DNA of 64,000 nt, taken from contig CAVPOB010000016.1 in NCBI GenBank assembly GCA_963706835.1, forward strand, positions 132,093 through 196,092. The letters are read 5' to 3'. The number at the start of each line of letters is the position of its first letter. Within the stretch, counting starts at the first letter, position 1. The DNA comes from an uncultured Actinomycetota bacterium (GTDB lineage: Bacteria > Actinomycetota > Actinomycetes > S36-B12 > GCA-2699445). Shown here piece after piece: positions 1 to 10,349 of the stretch. Position numbers and translations under genes: made by a program. The notes below the pieces were generated by a model. That model saw only the letters and a program-made list of their open reading frames with translations, had not been told where the DNA came from and ran no database searches.

Positions 1-908
1 TTGGTGAGCTCGAAGGAGCGCAGCTCGTCCGGCAGGTAGGGGTAGACGGAGAACTTGTCCTTGTCGATCATCGTCATGGCGGTGTCGAGGTGCATGAAGG
101 CGCGGGTCTTCGGCAGCTCCACGACGATCACCTTGGTGATCTCGTTGTTGGGGTTGCTGAAGTACTTGGTCGCCAGCATGCCGACGCCCTGCGGCGTCGT
201 GCGCTCGCCCATGCCGATCATGACCGCGCCGTTGCCGATGACGAGGATGTCGCCGCCCTCGACGGTTGCCGGCTCGTGCGGATCGTCGTCGTTGCCGTAG
301 TAGAAGTTCAGGCCCTCGTCCTTGAACAGCGGATGGTAGTTCCAGATCGCCCGGCTGTGCAGGGTCTCGCGCTTGCGGGCGGGCTTCGCCATCGGGTTCA
401 CCGACAGGCCGTGGTAGACGAAGGCCGTGTTGTCGCGCTGGAACAGGTGGTTCGGCAGCGGCGTGAGCACGAAGTCGTAGTCCTCGAGGTACTCCCACAG
501 CAGGGAATGCGTTCCTGCGGGCAGGTCGAGGTCCTTCTTCAGGATGCCGCCGATGAAGTACTGGGCCAGGGTCTGGCCGTCGACGCTCTCGGCGAGCTCG
601 CGCAGCGGCTGCACCAGCTGCGGGCCCACGGTGTGGGGGTTGGCCAGCCGTGCCAGCACGAACTCGCGCGCCTCGGGGATCTCCAGTGCTTCTCCCAGCA
701 ACTGGGAGAAGTAGTGCACGATCACACCCTTCTCGCGCAGCTGGTCGGCGAAGGCGCGGTGCTCCTCGCGGGCCATGCGCGCCCACATCACATCGTCGAA
801 GAGGAGGTCGTCCACGTTGGCCGGCGTCAGGCGTGAGAGCTCCAGCCCGGGCTCGTGGATGATCACCTGCTTCAGCTGGCCGACCTCTGAATCGACATGC
901 AGCGTCAT
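1..908 (-). CDS. arcA: arginine deiminase, N-terminal ~302 codons (3' end lies beyond window start)
   Basis: Minus-strand frame is open from ATG at 908-906 (AAAGGAA about 6 nt upstream) to the window edge, so it is absent from the ORF track. My translation MTLHVDSEVGQLKQVIIHEPGLEL ... KTRAFMHLDTAMTMIDKDKFSVYPYL matches the arginine deiminase family. Confidence 0.9.
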   Translation of the reverse strand, partial: MTLHVDSEVGQLKQVIIHEPGLELSRLTPANVDDLLFDDVMWARMAREEHRAFADQLREKGVIVHYFSQLLGEALEIPEAREFVLARLANPHTVGPQLVQPLRELAESVDGQTLAQYFIGGILKKDLDLPAGTHSLLWEYLEDYDFVLTPLPNHLFQRDNTAFVYHGLSVNPMAKPARKRETLHSRAIWNYHPLFKDEGLNFYYGNDDDPHEPATVEGGDILVIGNGAVMIGMGERTTPQGVGMLATKYFSNPNNEITKVIVVELPKTRAFMHLDTAMTMIDKDKFSVYPYLPDELRSFELT

Positions 909-1171
909 AGGGTTTCCTTTCGTAGTGCGCTCTTCTGCGCGGCACCGCCATCCAATACGACCGGCGACGCGGGATGCCACCCAAACCGCGGAAAACCTTG
1001 CCGTGTTTGGCCCGCGTTCACCCGGCCCCTGGCGCGCCGGCGCGGTCATCGACTCGACTGCAAGAAATGCTGCTCGATATCGGCGAAGTGCCGCGCATAC
1101 GGGCACCTGTTGCGCTAGAACTCAAGTGATCAAGATCCACCACCAGGTGGGCGCCGACTTCGGGAGACGCC

Positions 1172-2857
1172 ATGGCAACGGAGAGTCCTGCTCCGCAAGC
1201 CCCGGTCGAAGATGAGCCGGAACAGAAGGGCCTCAAGTTCCCCACAGCCTTCACTGTGCTGTTCTTCGTCCTCATCATCGTTTGGGTACTCAGTTTCATC
1301 ATTCCCCCAGGTGCATACGACTACGTCGACTGTGGCGACGGCACCGCCAAACCTGTGCCCGGCTCTTACCACGATGTAGAAGTCGAGACCACATGGTCGG
1401 AGAAGTTCTACGACCTGTGGCTGGCGCCCGTCAATGGCCTGTATGGCCAGCAGGCGCCGCAGGATCAGACCGACTCGCTGGTCGCCGCAACCAGCGAGGA
1501 CGTGCAATCGGCCTGCGCGTCGGTGGTGGCGGACCTCACCGGCACCTCTGAGGACGACCTGACCCAGGCCGAATTCGACGCCAACGTCGTCTTCCTCGGC
1601 GACAATCAGCCGATCGGTCCGTACGAGTCCGGCGACATGATCGGCGCCATTCAGGTGTTCTTCTTCGTGCTGGCGATCGGCGCGTTCATCACGGTGACGA
1701 TCAACACCGGCGCCCTCGATGTCGGCATCGCGCGACTCGTCCACCGGTTCAAGGCCAACTCCACGGTGCTGATCGTGCTGCTCATGATCATCTTCTCGCT
1801 GGGCGGTACCTCGTACGGCATGGCGGAGGAGACGTTGGGCTTCTACGCATTGATTGTGCCGATCATGGTGGCGCTGGGCTATGACCGAATGACTGGCGCA
1901 GTGGTCATCCTGCTCGGTGCCGGCATCGGTACGCTCGCATCGACGGTGAATCCGTTCGCCACGGGCGTGGCTTCCGACGCGGCCGGGATCGACCTGGGCG
2001 ACGGCATCGTGCTGCGCGCGATCATGTACGTGGTCCTCACGACGGTGTCGATCCTGTATGTGCTGCGCTACGCCCGCAAGGTCAAGAAGAATCCGGCCGC
2101 ATCCCTCTCGGTGCCGCAGGACGGGGACGACTTGCTGGCCGCGGAGACCGACGCCGAGCCCCCGGAGATGTCGGGTGGCCAGAGGGCGGTCATCTGGATC
2201 TTCATGTTCACCTTCTTGCTGATGATCTTCTCGGTGATCCCCTGGAGTTCCTTCAGCGACGGGTTGGCCAACATCGAGCTGGGCTGGTACTTCCCAGAAC
2301 TGGCGGCACTGTTCCTCGTCGGCAGCGTCATCATCGGCCTGATCGGTCGACTCGGCGAAGAGGGCATGGTCAACAGCATCGTGTCCGGCATGGGCGACTT
2401 CATCGGTGCGGCGTTCATCATCGCGCTGGCCCGTGGCGTCACCGTCGTCATGAACAACGCCAGCATCACCGACACCGTGCTGAACGCGCTGGAAGGCGTC
2501 GTCAGCGGGTTGACCTCCGGGGTGTTCGCCGTCGTGATGTTCGTCGTGAACATCCCGATCGCGTTCCTGGTGCCGTCGTCCTCCGGCCACGCCACCCTGG
2601 CGATGCCGATCATGGCCCCGCTGGCGGACTTCGCTGATGTCTCGCGCGCCATGGTCGTGACCGGCTTCCAGTCGGCCTCCGGCTGGGTGAACCTGTTCAC
2701 GCCGACCTCCGCGATCGTCATGGGTGGTCTGACACTGGCCAAGGTGGGGTACGACCGGTACCTGCGGTTCGTGACGCCGCTGCTGGTCGTGCTGTTCGTG
2801 CTGATCTGTGTGTTCATGTTCTTCGGATCATCGACATCGATCGGCGGGACGACCTGA
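1172..2857 (+). CDS. YfcC-family (C4-dicarboxylate anaerobic carrier-like) membrane transporter, putative arginine/ornithine exchanger
   Basis: 561-aa ORF with many hydrophobic spans (FTVLFFVLIIVWVLSFII, GAIQVFFFVLAIGAFITV etc.). Resembles YfcC-type permeases that are frequently paired with arcA. Divergently arranged with arcA. Confidence 0.75.
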   Translation: MATESPAPQAPVEDEPEQKGLKFPTAFTVLFFVLIIVWVLSFIIPPGAYDYVDCGDGTAKPVPGSYHDVEVETTWSEKFYDLWLAPVNGLYGQQAPQDQTDSLVAATSEDVQSACASVVADLTGTSEDDLTQAEFDANVVFLGDNQPIGPYESGDMIGAIQVFFFVLAIGAFITVTINTGALDVGIARLVHRFKANSTVLIVLLMIIFSLGGTSYGMAEETLGFYALIVPIMVALGYDRMTGAVVILLGAGIGTLASTVNPFATGVASDAAGIDLGDGIVLRAIMYVVLTTVSILYVLRYARKVKKNPAASLSVPQDGDDLLAAETDAEPPEMSGGQRAVIWIFMFTFLLMIFSVIPWSSFSDGLANIELGWYFPELAALFLVGSVIIGLIGRLGEEGMVNSIVSGMGDFIGAAFIIALARGVTVVMNNASITDTVLNALEGVVSGLTSGVFAVVMFVVNIPIAFLVPSSSGHATLAMPIMAPLADFADVSRAMVVTGFQSASGWVNLFTPTSAIVMGGLTLAKVGYDRYLRFVTPLLVVLFVLICVFMFFGSSTSIGGTT

Positions 2858-2875
2858 CCCAGCACCGCTGGCAAG

Positions 2876-2913
2876 GAGCGGCCCCCGCAGCCTTCGGGCA
2901 GCGGGGGCCGCTC
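2876..2913 (+). terminator. GC-rich stem-loop downstream of the transporter gene (intrinsic-terminator-like, no U tract)
   Basis: GAGCGGCCCCCGCAGCC-TTCG-GGCAGCGGGGGCCGCTC forms a 17-bp stem with one mismatch, 19 nt after the stop at 2857. Confidence 0.55.
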
Positions 2914-3099
2914 CGCGTCGCGGGGGGGCCTGCCGGGAAGGCTCATCTTTCTGGGGATGCCCGAAGAACCCGCGCGGGGATGACGAGGCACCCCTGCAGG
3001 ACTTGCGTCTACCGGCGAGTAGCCGAGTGAAGCGGCAATCCAGGATCACTGGCTTCGGACGGGTCAATGCTCAGGACATCGTGCTCAGGGCGGTGGCCG

Positions 3100-3570
3100 G
3101 GTGGGCGCCGTTTCGCGGGGATGGGGATCTGCGACTGTTCTGGGCGGGGTGGTTCACTGCGCTTCCTGGGGGCGCCGGCGCCCCGTGCGGGTGGGGGCGG
3201 CGCTCAGTAGAGCGACGGTGCACCCGTTTCGGGGGTTTGGGCCCGGGACGTCCTGCGAGCGGCTCTGGGGCAGCACCGTGCACCGGAATGCCGGTCCGCG
3301 CCTGGGACCGTGATGCGAGGGCGCCCGGTGGAGCGACTGCCCACCCATTGCGGCGGCATGCACCCGCGACGGTGGGGTCCAGCGCCTCCGGGGCGGCAAC
3401 TGTGCACCCGGCATGGGGGTCTGCACCCGGAACGGGGGCTGTGAGGCCTGATCTGGCCGTCTCCACCCCCGCGCCGGGTGCAAACCCCCGAACCGGGTGC
3501 AGAGATGCCCCGCATACCGGACTTTCCACCCCCGCGCCGGGTGCAAACCCCCGAATCGGGTGCAGTCGGG
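3100..3570. repeat. GC-rich composite repeat cluster A (forward units - 25-nt spacer - reverse units)
   Basis: Degenerate forward units GTGCACCCG-N3-5-GGGGGTYTGCACCCG lie at about 3218, 3278, 3340 and 3402. The spacer is at 3440-3464. Near-perfect reverse units CCACCCCCGCGCCGGGTGCAAACCCCCGAAnCGGGTGCAG lie at 3463-3502 and 3526-3565 (63-bp period). The same family occurs at 30.2, 42.3 and 52.5 kb. Confidence 0.85.
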
Positions 3571-3826
3571 CCCGGCGCATCCGACCTGTACGGCCCCCAC
3601 GCCCGTTCCCGGCGCAGAGGGCTGAAGCCGCTGCCGACGTAGCTGGACCCGCCGCGCACCAGGGGACGTGCCCCCCGCCGGCCCGCCCGCTCCGCCGCCG
3701 CCCGCAGGACCGGAACCCACCACACTCCCGATTGCGATGAGTATGCGTGGCCGAGTGTCGCAATGATCCAGATACGACGACCGCCGACCCGTAGTGTCCG
3801 GGCCGGCGGTGGTTGAGCAGGCGAGG

Positions 3827-4198
3827 TCAGGCGATCCCGAGGGCGCCCGGCGAGATCGCGGCGTTGATCTGGTCGGCGCAGCGCTTGGCGCCCTCGCCTC
3901 TGGCGCGCGGGTAGACGGCGATCGGGATTCGCGTATAGATGGCCTCGCGGTCCTCCTCGGTGAGGCCGCCCCAGACGCCGTACGGCTCCCGGGAGCGGAT
4001 GGCATAGTCTGCGCACTCGATGCGCACCGGGCAGGTCGCGCAGACCGCCTTGGCGGCACGGTCCCGCCGTGCTCGTGCCAGCCCCCGCTCGTTCTGAGGG
4101 TGGAAGAACAGTGTGGGATCGGCTTCGCGGCAGGCCCCCTGCTCCTGCCAATTCCACACGACGTCCGACGGAACCTGAGCCAGTGGCTGCTGCGGCAT
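3827..4198 (-). CDS. WhiB-family (Wbl) transcriptional regulator
   Basis: 123-aa ORF with four conserved Cys (GACREAD ... VCATCPVRIEC) and the GVWGG turn motif typical of Wbl proteins. Confidence 0.9.
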   Translation of the reverse strand: MPQQPLAQVPSDVVWNWQEQGACREADPTLFFHPQNERGLARARRDRAAKAVCATCPVRIECADYAIRSREPYGVWGGLTEEDREAIYTRIPIAVYPRARGEGAKRCADQINAAISPGALGIA

Positions 4199-4397
4199 CT
4201 TCGCGCCTTTCTCGTCACCAGACGATGCGAGATCACGCTACTGCGAAGATCAACTCCCTGTCACTACCTTCGTCGAATCCGTTCTCTCCATCAGGGTCGA
4301 GGTTGACCCATGTGGGGGAATCGCCCGAATTTTCACAGCCGAAACATGCCCGAAACGTTTCAAGGAGGGGTTGAAGGCCCTACCGTTGGGCTCCCGA

Positions 4398-4781
4398 TCA
4401 CTGCTCGTGCTGGTGCTGGCCGGCCTGCTCCTCGGCGATCTGCCGCCGGACGTCGTCCATGTCCACCTCGCGCACTGCGCTGATGAGCTGCTCCAGGGAC
4501 GGCGCCGGCAGCGCGCCGGGCTTGGCGTACAGGACCACGCCCTCGCGAATGGCCATCAGCGTCGGGATGCTGGTGATCTGGAAGCCCGCGGCCAGGTCGG
4601 GCTGAGCCTCGGTGTCCACCTTGGCGAAGGTGATGTCGCCATGCTCCTCCGACGCCTTCTCGAACACGGGGGCGAACATGCGGCACGGTCCGCACCAGGC
4701 GGCCCAGAAATCCACCAGGACGATGTCGTTGCCCGTCACCGTGGAGTTGAAGGTCTCCGCCGTCAGTTCGATGGTGGCCAT
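4398..4781 (-). CDS. trxA: thioredoxin
   Basis: WCGPC active site in FWAAWCGPCRMFAPVFE. Start taken at MATIELT (ATG 4781, GAGAGG upstream) rather than the longer ORF start at 4823. Confidence 0.9.
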   Translation of the reverse strand: MATIELTAETFNSTVTGNDIVLVDFWAAWCGPCRMFAPVFEKASEEHGDITFAKVDTEAQPDLAAGFQITSIPTLMAIREGVVLYAKPGALPAPSLEQLISAVREVDMDDVRRQIAEEQAGQHQHEQ

Positions 4782-4907
4782 GGTCCGCCTCTCTGTCGCT
4801 GTTTCGGGGTTCGCTCCTTGCATACCCTGTGGGGTATCAACTCATGCCTGGACCGACCTATTCCCGCCGGCCGCGGTGGTTCGTGCTAGCGGCACGGAGT
4901 CCGTACG

Positions 4908-5192
4908 ATGAAGGTATGTCGGACGCCTTCGCCCCTGGAGACCCCACAGACCGGCGGCACGCTGCTGGAAGAGCCGGAGACGCGGCTGCAGGAGCCGGGC
5001 GATCAGGAGCGCTTCTCGCACTACGTCCGCAAGGAGAAGATCCTGCAGAGCGCCATGACCGGCGAGCCGGTCGTCGCGCTGTGCGGAAAGGTGTGGACGC
5101 CCGGCCGAGACCCGCAGAAGTTTCCGATCTGCCCGGAGTGCAAGGAGATCTACGAGGGTATGCCGCAGGGTTCCGGCGACCAGGATTCCTGA
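4908..5192 (+). CDS. DUF3039 domain-containing protein
   Basis: 94-aa ORF. The segment ERFSHYVRKEKILQSAMTGEPVVALCGKVWTPGRDPQKFPICPECKEIY matches the conserved actinobacterial DUF3039 pattern. Confidence 0.8.
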   Translation: MKVCRTPSPLETPQTGGTLLEEPETRLQEPGDQERFSHYVRKEKILQSAMTGEPVVALCGKVWTPGRDPQKFPICPECKEIYEGMPQGSGDQDS

Positions 5193-5203
5193 GCGTAGGG
5201 GAG

Positions 5204-5849
5204 ATGGGCACAGAGACCAGCCAGACCCTGGACCGCGGCCTGCGTGTCCTGGAGTTGCTCTCGGCGTACCCCGAGGGCCTCAGCGTGACCGATATCGCCC
5301 AGGAGTTGGGCGTTGGCCGCACCGTGGTCTACCGGCTGGTGGCCACGCTGGACCAGCACGGCTTCCTGCGGCGCTCGGCGGACGGCCGGTGCCGACTTGG
5401 CGTGGCCGCCCTGTCGCTGGCCCGGCAGATCCAACCGATGCTGCGCGACTCTGCGCTGCCGGTGCTGCGACGGCTGGCCGACACGCTCGGGCGCGACCGC
5501 GCATCTGACCCTGCTTGACGGCACCGACGGCCTGGTCGTGGCGGTCATGGAGCCGGCGCGGACTGACGTGCACGTGGCGCTGCGCGTCGGGGCCCGGCAC
5601 CCGGCGGAGCGAAGCATCGCCGGCCGGGCGGCCTTGTTGAGCCGCACGTCGGGCCGCACGGTCGATCCCCAGCAGTTCGTATCCGGGGCCGACCCGCAAC
5701 TGGGCGGCTACTCGGTGGCCGCCCCGGTGCACGGCGTGCCGTGGTTGGAGTCCGCGGTCGGCGTGGTCAGCCTGGTGGACCTGGACCCGGGGCGCGCCGG
5801 GTCGATCGTGGTTGCCGCCGCGCACGATACCGCCCGGCTGCTGCGCTAG
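5204..5849 (+). pseudogene. IclR-family transcriptional regulator, one frameshift near 5489-5493
   Basis: The N-terminal wHTH (MGTETSQTLDRGLRVLELLSAYPEGLSVTDIAQELGVGRTVVYRLV) is in the frame of ORF 4829-5518. The effector domain (ATAHLTLLDGTDGLVVAVMEPARTDVHVALRVGARHPAERSIAGRA...) is in the frame of ORF 5313-5849. Deleting one C in CTCGGGCGCGACC joins them as LADTLGATAHLT. Confidence 0.8.
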
Positions 5850-5859
5850 GCCGAGTCGG

Positions 5860-7578
5860 TCACCCGGGCGGCAGGCTCGCAAGGGGGAGTTCGAACCAGC
5901 GCAGATCGCCGAATGTCGCGGGCTCGGTGACCGTCGAGGGGGCAGGGGGGAGATCGGCCAGCAACTGCGCCGCGCGGTCGAGCGTGGCGGCCAGCGACGG
6001 CGCAGCGGCGACGGTAGCCCGGGGCCAATGCATCCGACCCTCCTCATCGAAGCGTACGTCGGTGAGGCGCAGCGGTGCGGCCGGCTCGGCACCGCGATGC
6101 CGCCACAATCCGGAGCCCGGGTCGAACAGGTAGTACGGGAGCAGTCGCTCGGCATGGTCGGCGAGGAGCCAGACGGCGTCGACCAGGTAGCCGAACTCCT
6201 CCTCGGTGAGGAAGTAGTTGCAGTTCACCCGCACCCACCCGGGTTTGATGCCCTCTCGGCCCTGACCGATCTGCTCGTCGATGTCGTGGCTGCGGTCTGG
6301 GTCGATCCCGAGCAGGAGGTGGCCGTACGGCCCTGCGCAGGAGCAGCCGCCCCTGGCCTGGATGCCGAACATGTCGTTGAGCATCGCCACCACGGCGTTG
6401 TGGTGCAGATAGGGGTAGCGGCGACCGCGCAGGAGGAAGGACACGATCGACAGCCGGTCGGCGTCCGGGTTGCCGAGCACGGCGATGTTGGGGTGCTGCC
6501 GCCAGGTGTGGATCGCGCGGGTGGCGAAGTCGCATTCGTGCGCAGCGATGACGTCGGTGCCGACCGCGTCCTTCAGCGCGAACACCAGCCCGGTCCGGAT
6601 CGACTCCACGATGGCGGGCGTCCCGGCCTCCTCGCGGTGCGCCGGGTCGGCCACATAGTGGTGCTCGGTAGCGCTGACGAAGCTGACGGTGCCACCGCCG
6701 ACAACCGCCGGCACGCTGTTGCGCAGCAACTCCCGCCGCACCGCCAGCACACCGGTCGTGCCGGGCCCGCCGACGAACTTGTGCGGGCTGAGGAAGACCG
6801 CGTCCTTGCCGGTGAGCGGGTTGTCCGGCCGGGCGGCCATGCGGATCGGCACATAGGGGCCGGCTGCGGCGTAGTCCCAGCAGGCCAGGGCGCCGTGCTC
6901 GTGCAGCAGGGCGGAGATGGCGTCGGCATCGGTGAGGATGCCGGTGACATTGCTGGCGGCGCTGAACGAGCCGATCTTCAGCGGTCGATCGGCGTGCTGC
7001 TCCAGGGCCTCCTGCAGCGCCGCGGCGTCGATGTGGCCGTCCGCCGATTCCGGGATCACGACCACGTCGGCGATGCTCTCCCGCCACGGCAGTTCGTTGC
7101 TGTGGTGCTCATACGGACCGATGAACACCACCGGGCGCTCCTCGGCGGGGATCTGGCCGGTCCAGCCGTAGCGCTCATCGAGGTCGGCCGGCAGGCGCAG
7201 GTTCAGGCAAGCGATGAGCTTGTCGATGGCCGCGGTCGATCCGGACCCGGTGAAGATGACCACGGTGTCGGCGTCGCCCCCGAGACTGCCGTGGACGATG
7301 GCTCGCGCGTCCTCCCGCAGCGCAGTGGTCTGTCGGCCCGTGCTGCTGCTCTCGCTGTGCGTATTGGCGTACGTCGGCAGCACGGCCTCGCGGATGAAGT
7401 CCTCGATGAACGCCAGCGACCGTCCGCTGGCGGTGTAGTCGGCGTACACGATGCGACGCGGGCCGAAGGGGCCGGACACGGCGGTCTCGGCGCCGATGAT
7501 GCCCTCGCGAATGCGGGCCAGGATCGGCGGTTGCGGGAGGTGCGCCCCCGGTGGCGGCAGCGGCGCCCAGCGTGCCAT
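5860..7578 (-). CDS. aminotransferase class V-fold PLP-dependent enzyme (cysteine desulfurase-like, long form)
   Basis: 572-aa ORF with YADYTASGRSL, ANTHSESSSTGRQTT, SFSAASNVTG and SPHKFVGGPGTTGVL (Lys-containing PLP site) motifs. Confidence 0.85.
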   Translation of the reverse strand: MARWAPLPPPGAHLPQPPILARIREGIIGAETAVSGPFGPRRIVYADYTASGRSLAFIEDFIREAVLPTYANTHSESSSTGRQTTALREDARAIVHGSLGGDADTVVIFTGSGSTAAIDKLIACLNLRLPADLDERYGWTGQIPAEERPVVFIGPYEHHSNELPWRESIADVVVIPESADGHIDAAALQEALEQHADRPLKIGSFSAASNVTGILTDADAISALLHEHGALACWDYAAAGPYVPIRMAARPDNPLTGKDAVFLSPHKFVGGPGTTGVLAVRRELLRNSVPAVVGGGTVSFVSATEHHYVADPAHREEAGTPAIVESIRTGLVFALKDAVGTDVIAAHECDFATRAIHTWRQHPNIAVLGNPDADRLSIVSFLLRGRRYPYLHHNAVVAMLNDMFGIQARGGCSCAGPYGHLLLGIDPDRSHDIDEQIGQGREGIKPGWVRVNCNYFLTEEEFGYLVDAVWLLADHAERLLPYYLFDPGSGLWRHRGAEPAAPLRLTDVRFDEEGRMHWPRATVAAAPSLAATLDRAAQLLADLPPAPSTVTEPATFGDLRWFELPLASLPPG

Positions 7579-7649
7579 GGCACCAGCCTACGATGCAGCC
7601 GCCAGGCAGTTCCCGTCGTCGTGTCGGCGCTGCGTGAGAACATGGCTTC

Positions 7650-7946
7650 GTGCCTATCGCCCCCGTCGACGTTCCCGCGGAGGCAGCGCAGGCGGACTCC
7701 GACGTCCGTCCGGATCGGCCCTGGATCACGATCGTCTGGAACGACCCCATCAACCTCATGACCTACGTCACCTACGTGTTCATGTCCTACTTCCACTACC
7801 CGCGCCAGAAGGCGGAGCAGTTGATGCTGGCGGTGCACGAGGAGGGCCGGGCGGTGGTGAGCAGCGGCACCCGTGAGGAGATGGAGATCGACGCCGCCGC
7901 CATGCACTCCTACGGCCTGTGGGCGACGATCCAGAAGGACGACTGA
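7650..7946 (+). CDS. clpS: ATP-dependent Clp protease adaptor ClpS
   Basis: 98-aa [49 protein letters not shown] is typical ClpS. Confidence 0.9.
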   Translation: MPIAPVDVPAEAAQADSDVRPDRPWITIVWNDPINLMTYVTYVFMSYFHYPRQKAEQLMLAVHEEGRAVVSSGTREEMEIDAAAMHSYGLWATIQKDD

Positions 7947-7948
7947 GC

Positions 7949-8534
7949 ATGGCGCGACGGGGATTCCTCAGGCGGCGCGACCGATGTCGAGCTGCGCCTG
8001 GCAGAAGCCGAGCGGCAGGTGTTGGCCGACCTGCTCACCGAGTTGGCCGACTGGCTGCAGCCCGCCGATGAGCCGGGCCCGACGGCGGACCCGCTCTCGC
8101 AGTTGATCGACATACCCCAGACCGCGGAGCGCCCGACAGATCCGGCGATGCTGCGGCTGCTCCCCGATGCCTACGCCGACGAGGAAGAGGCCGCAGATTT
8201 CCGCAGGTTCACCGAACTGGACCTGCGGCAGGGCCGGGCGCAGCGGGCCCGGCGCGCTCGGGCCACGCTCAGCCGAGTGGCCGGCAACGGAAGAATCCCG
8301 CTGGACGCCGAGGAGGCGCAGGAATGGCTCACTGCACTGAACGACGTCCGGCTCGTGCTCGGCACGCGGCTGGGGATCGAGGAGGATTCCGACCCCGCGG
8401 AGCCAGCGCGCAGCCAGGCTCACATGGTCTATGACTGGCTGACGTGGCTGCAGGCAACGCTGGTGGAGGCGCTCCTGCCCGATCGGCCGAGGGCTACCGT
8501 AGTCGCATGCTGCGCATCCGTGCCGACCTGGTGA
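7949..8534 (+). CDS. DUF2017 domain-containing protein (probable frameshift near 7975-7990, or alternative GTG start at 8019)
   Basis: ORF 8019-8534 (LLPDAYADEEEAADFRRFTELDLR ... VYDWLTWLQATLVEAL) is DUF2017-like and follows clpS as in other actinobacteria. The family-typical N-terminus MARRGFLRRRD starts at ATG 7949 in a different frame. Confidence 0.7.
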
Positions 8535-8929
8535 CCGCCATGGTCGCCCATGCGCGTCGCGACCACCCGGACGAAGCCTGCGGGGTTATCGCAGGACCGG
8601 CCGGCAGCGACGCCCCCGACCGCTTCATCCCGATGCTGAACGCGGCCCGCTCGCCCACCTTCTACGAGTTCGACTCCCTGGATCTGCTGCGGCTGTACCG
8701 CGAGATGGATACGCGCGACGAGGAGCCGATCGTCATCTACCACTCGCACACCGCCACCGAGGCGTATCCGTCCCCGACGGACGTGGCGTACGCCAGCGAG
8801 CCCGGCGCCCACTATGTCGTGATCTCCACCCGCGCCACCGGCAGCGATCCGGGACCCTACGAATTGCGATCGTTCCGCATCATCGACGCCGTGGTGGAGG
8901 AGGAGCCGGTGGAGGTGCTGGCGGACTGA
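8507..8929 (+). CDS. mec: JAMM/MPN+ metalloprotease (Mec-like CysO-cysteine peptidase)
   Basis: MLRIRADLVTAMVAHARRDHPDEACGV ... IVIYHSHTATEAYPSPTDV contains the E...HxH...S..D JAMM motif. Lies directly upstream of cysO-cysM. Confidence 0.85.
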   Translation: MLRIRADLVTAMVAHARRDHPDEACGVIAGPAGSDAPDRFIPMLNAARSPTFYEFDSLDLLRLYREMDTRDEEPIVIYHSHTATEAYPSPTDVAYASEPGAHYVVISTRATGSDPGPYELRSFRIIDAVVEEEPVEVLAD

Positions 8930-9055
8930 CGGGCCGTTCTGGGCGATTCGCCGGTGGGCCGCGCCGGTGCGTACCCTTGTGCTGCACAGCAATGACCACT
9001 CGCTGCGGCTGGCGTCGTCCGGTCCGGCGTCCCAGAGCCCCTCAGGAGAACCCCG

Positions 9056-10299
<1,244 letters not shown>

Positions 10300-10349
10300 C
10301 GGAACTCCGCTCAGCCCCGGCTGCCTTGCTCAGCCCCGGCTGCTTGTGC

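Noticed and set aside
1130-2590. Antisense shadow ORFs opposite real genes. Examples are 1130-2590 -, 5812-7761 +, 11080-12285 -, 19049-20569 -, 60663-62417 -, 62138-63922 - and many others in the track.
   Set aside because: Their products are Arg/Gly/Pro/His-rich with no family resemblance. The opposite strand encodes clearly conserved proteins. They are a normal consequence of ~70 percent GC.
2808-4236. Long ORFs through repeat cluster A (for example 2808-3740 +, 3154-4236 -, 3204-4157 -).
   Set aside because: They translate the repeat units into reiterated PAPGANPRxGC / HPxRGFAPG peptides and overlap each other in several frames. They lack SD or start context and are typical high-GC open frames.
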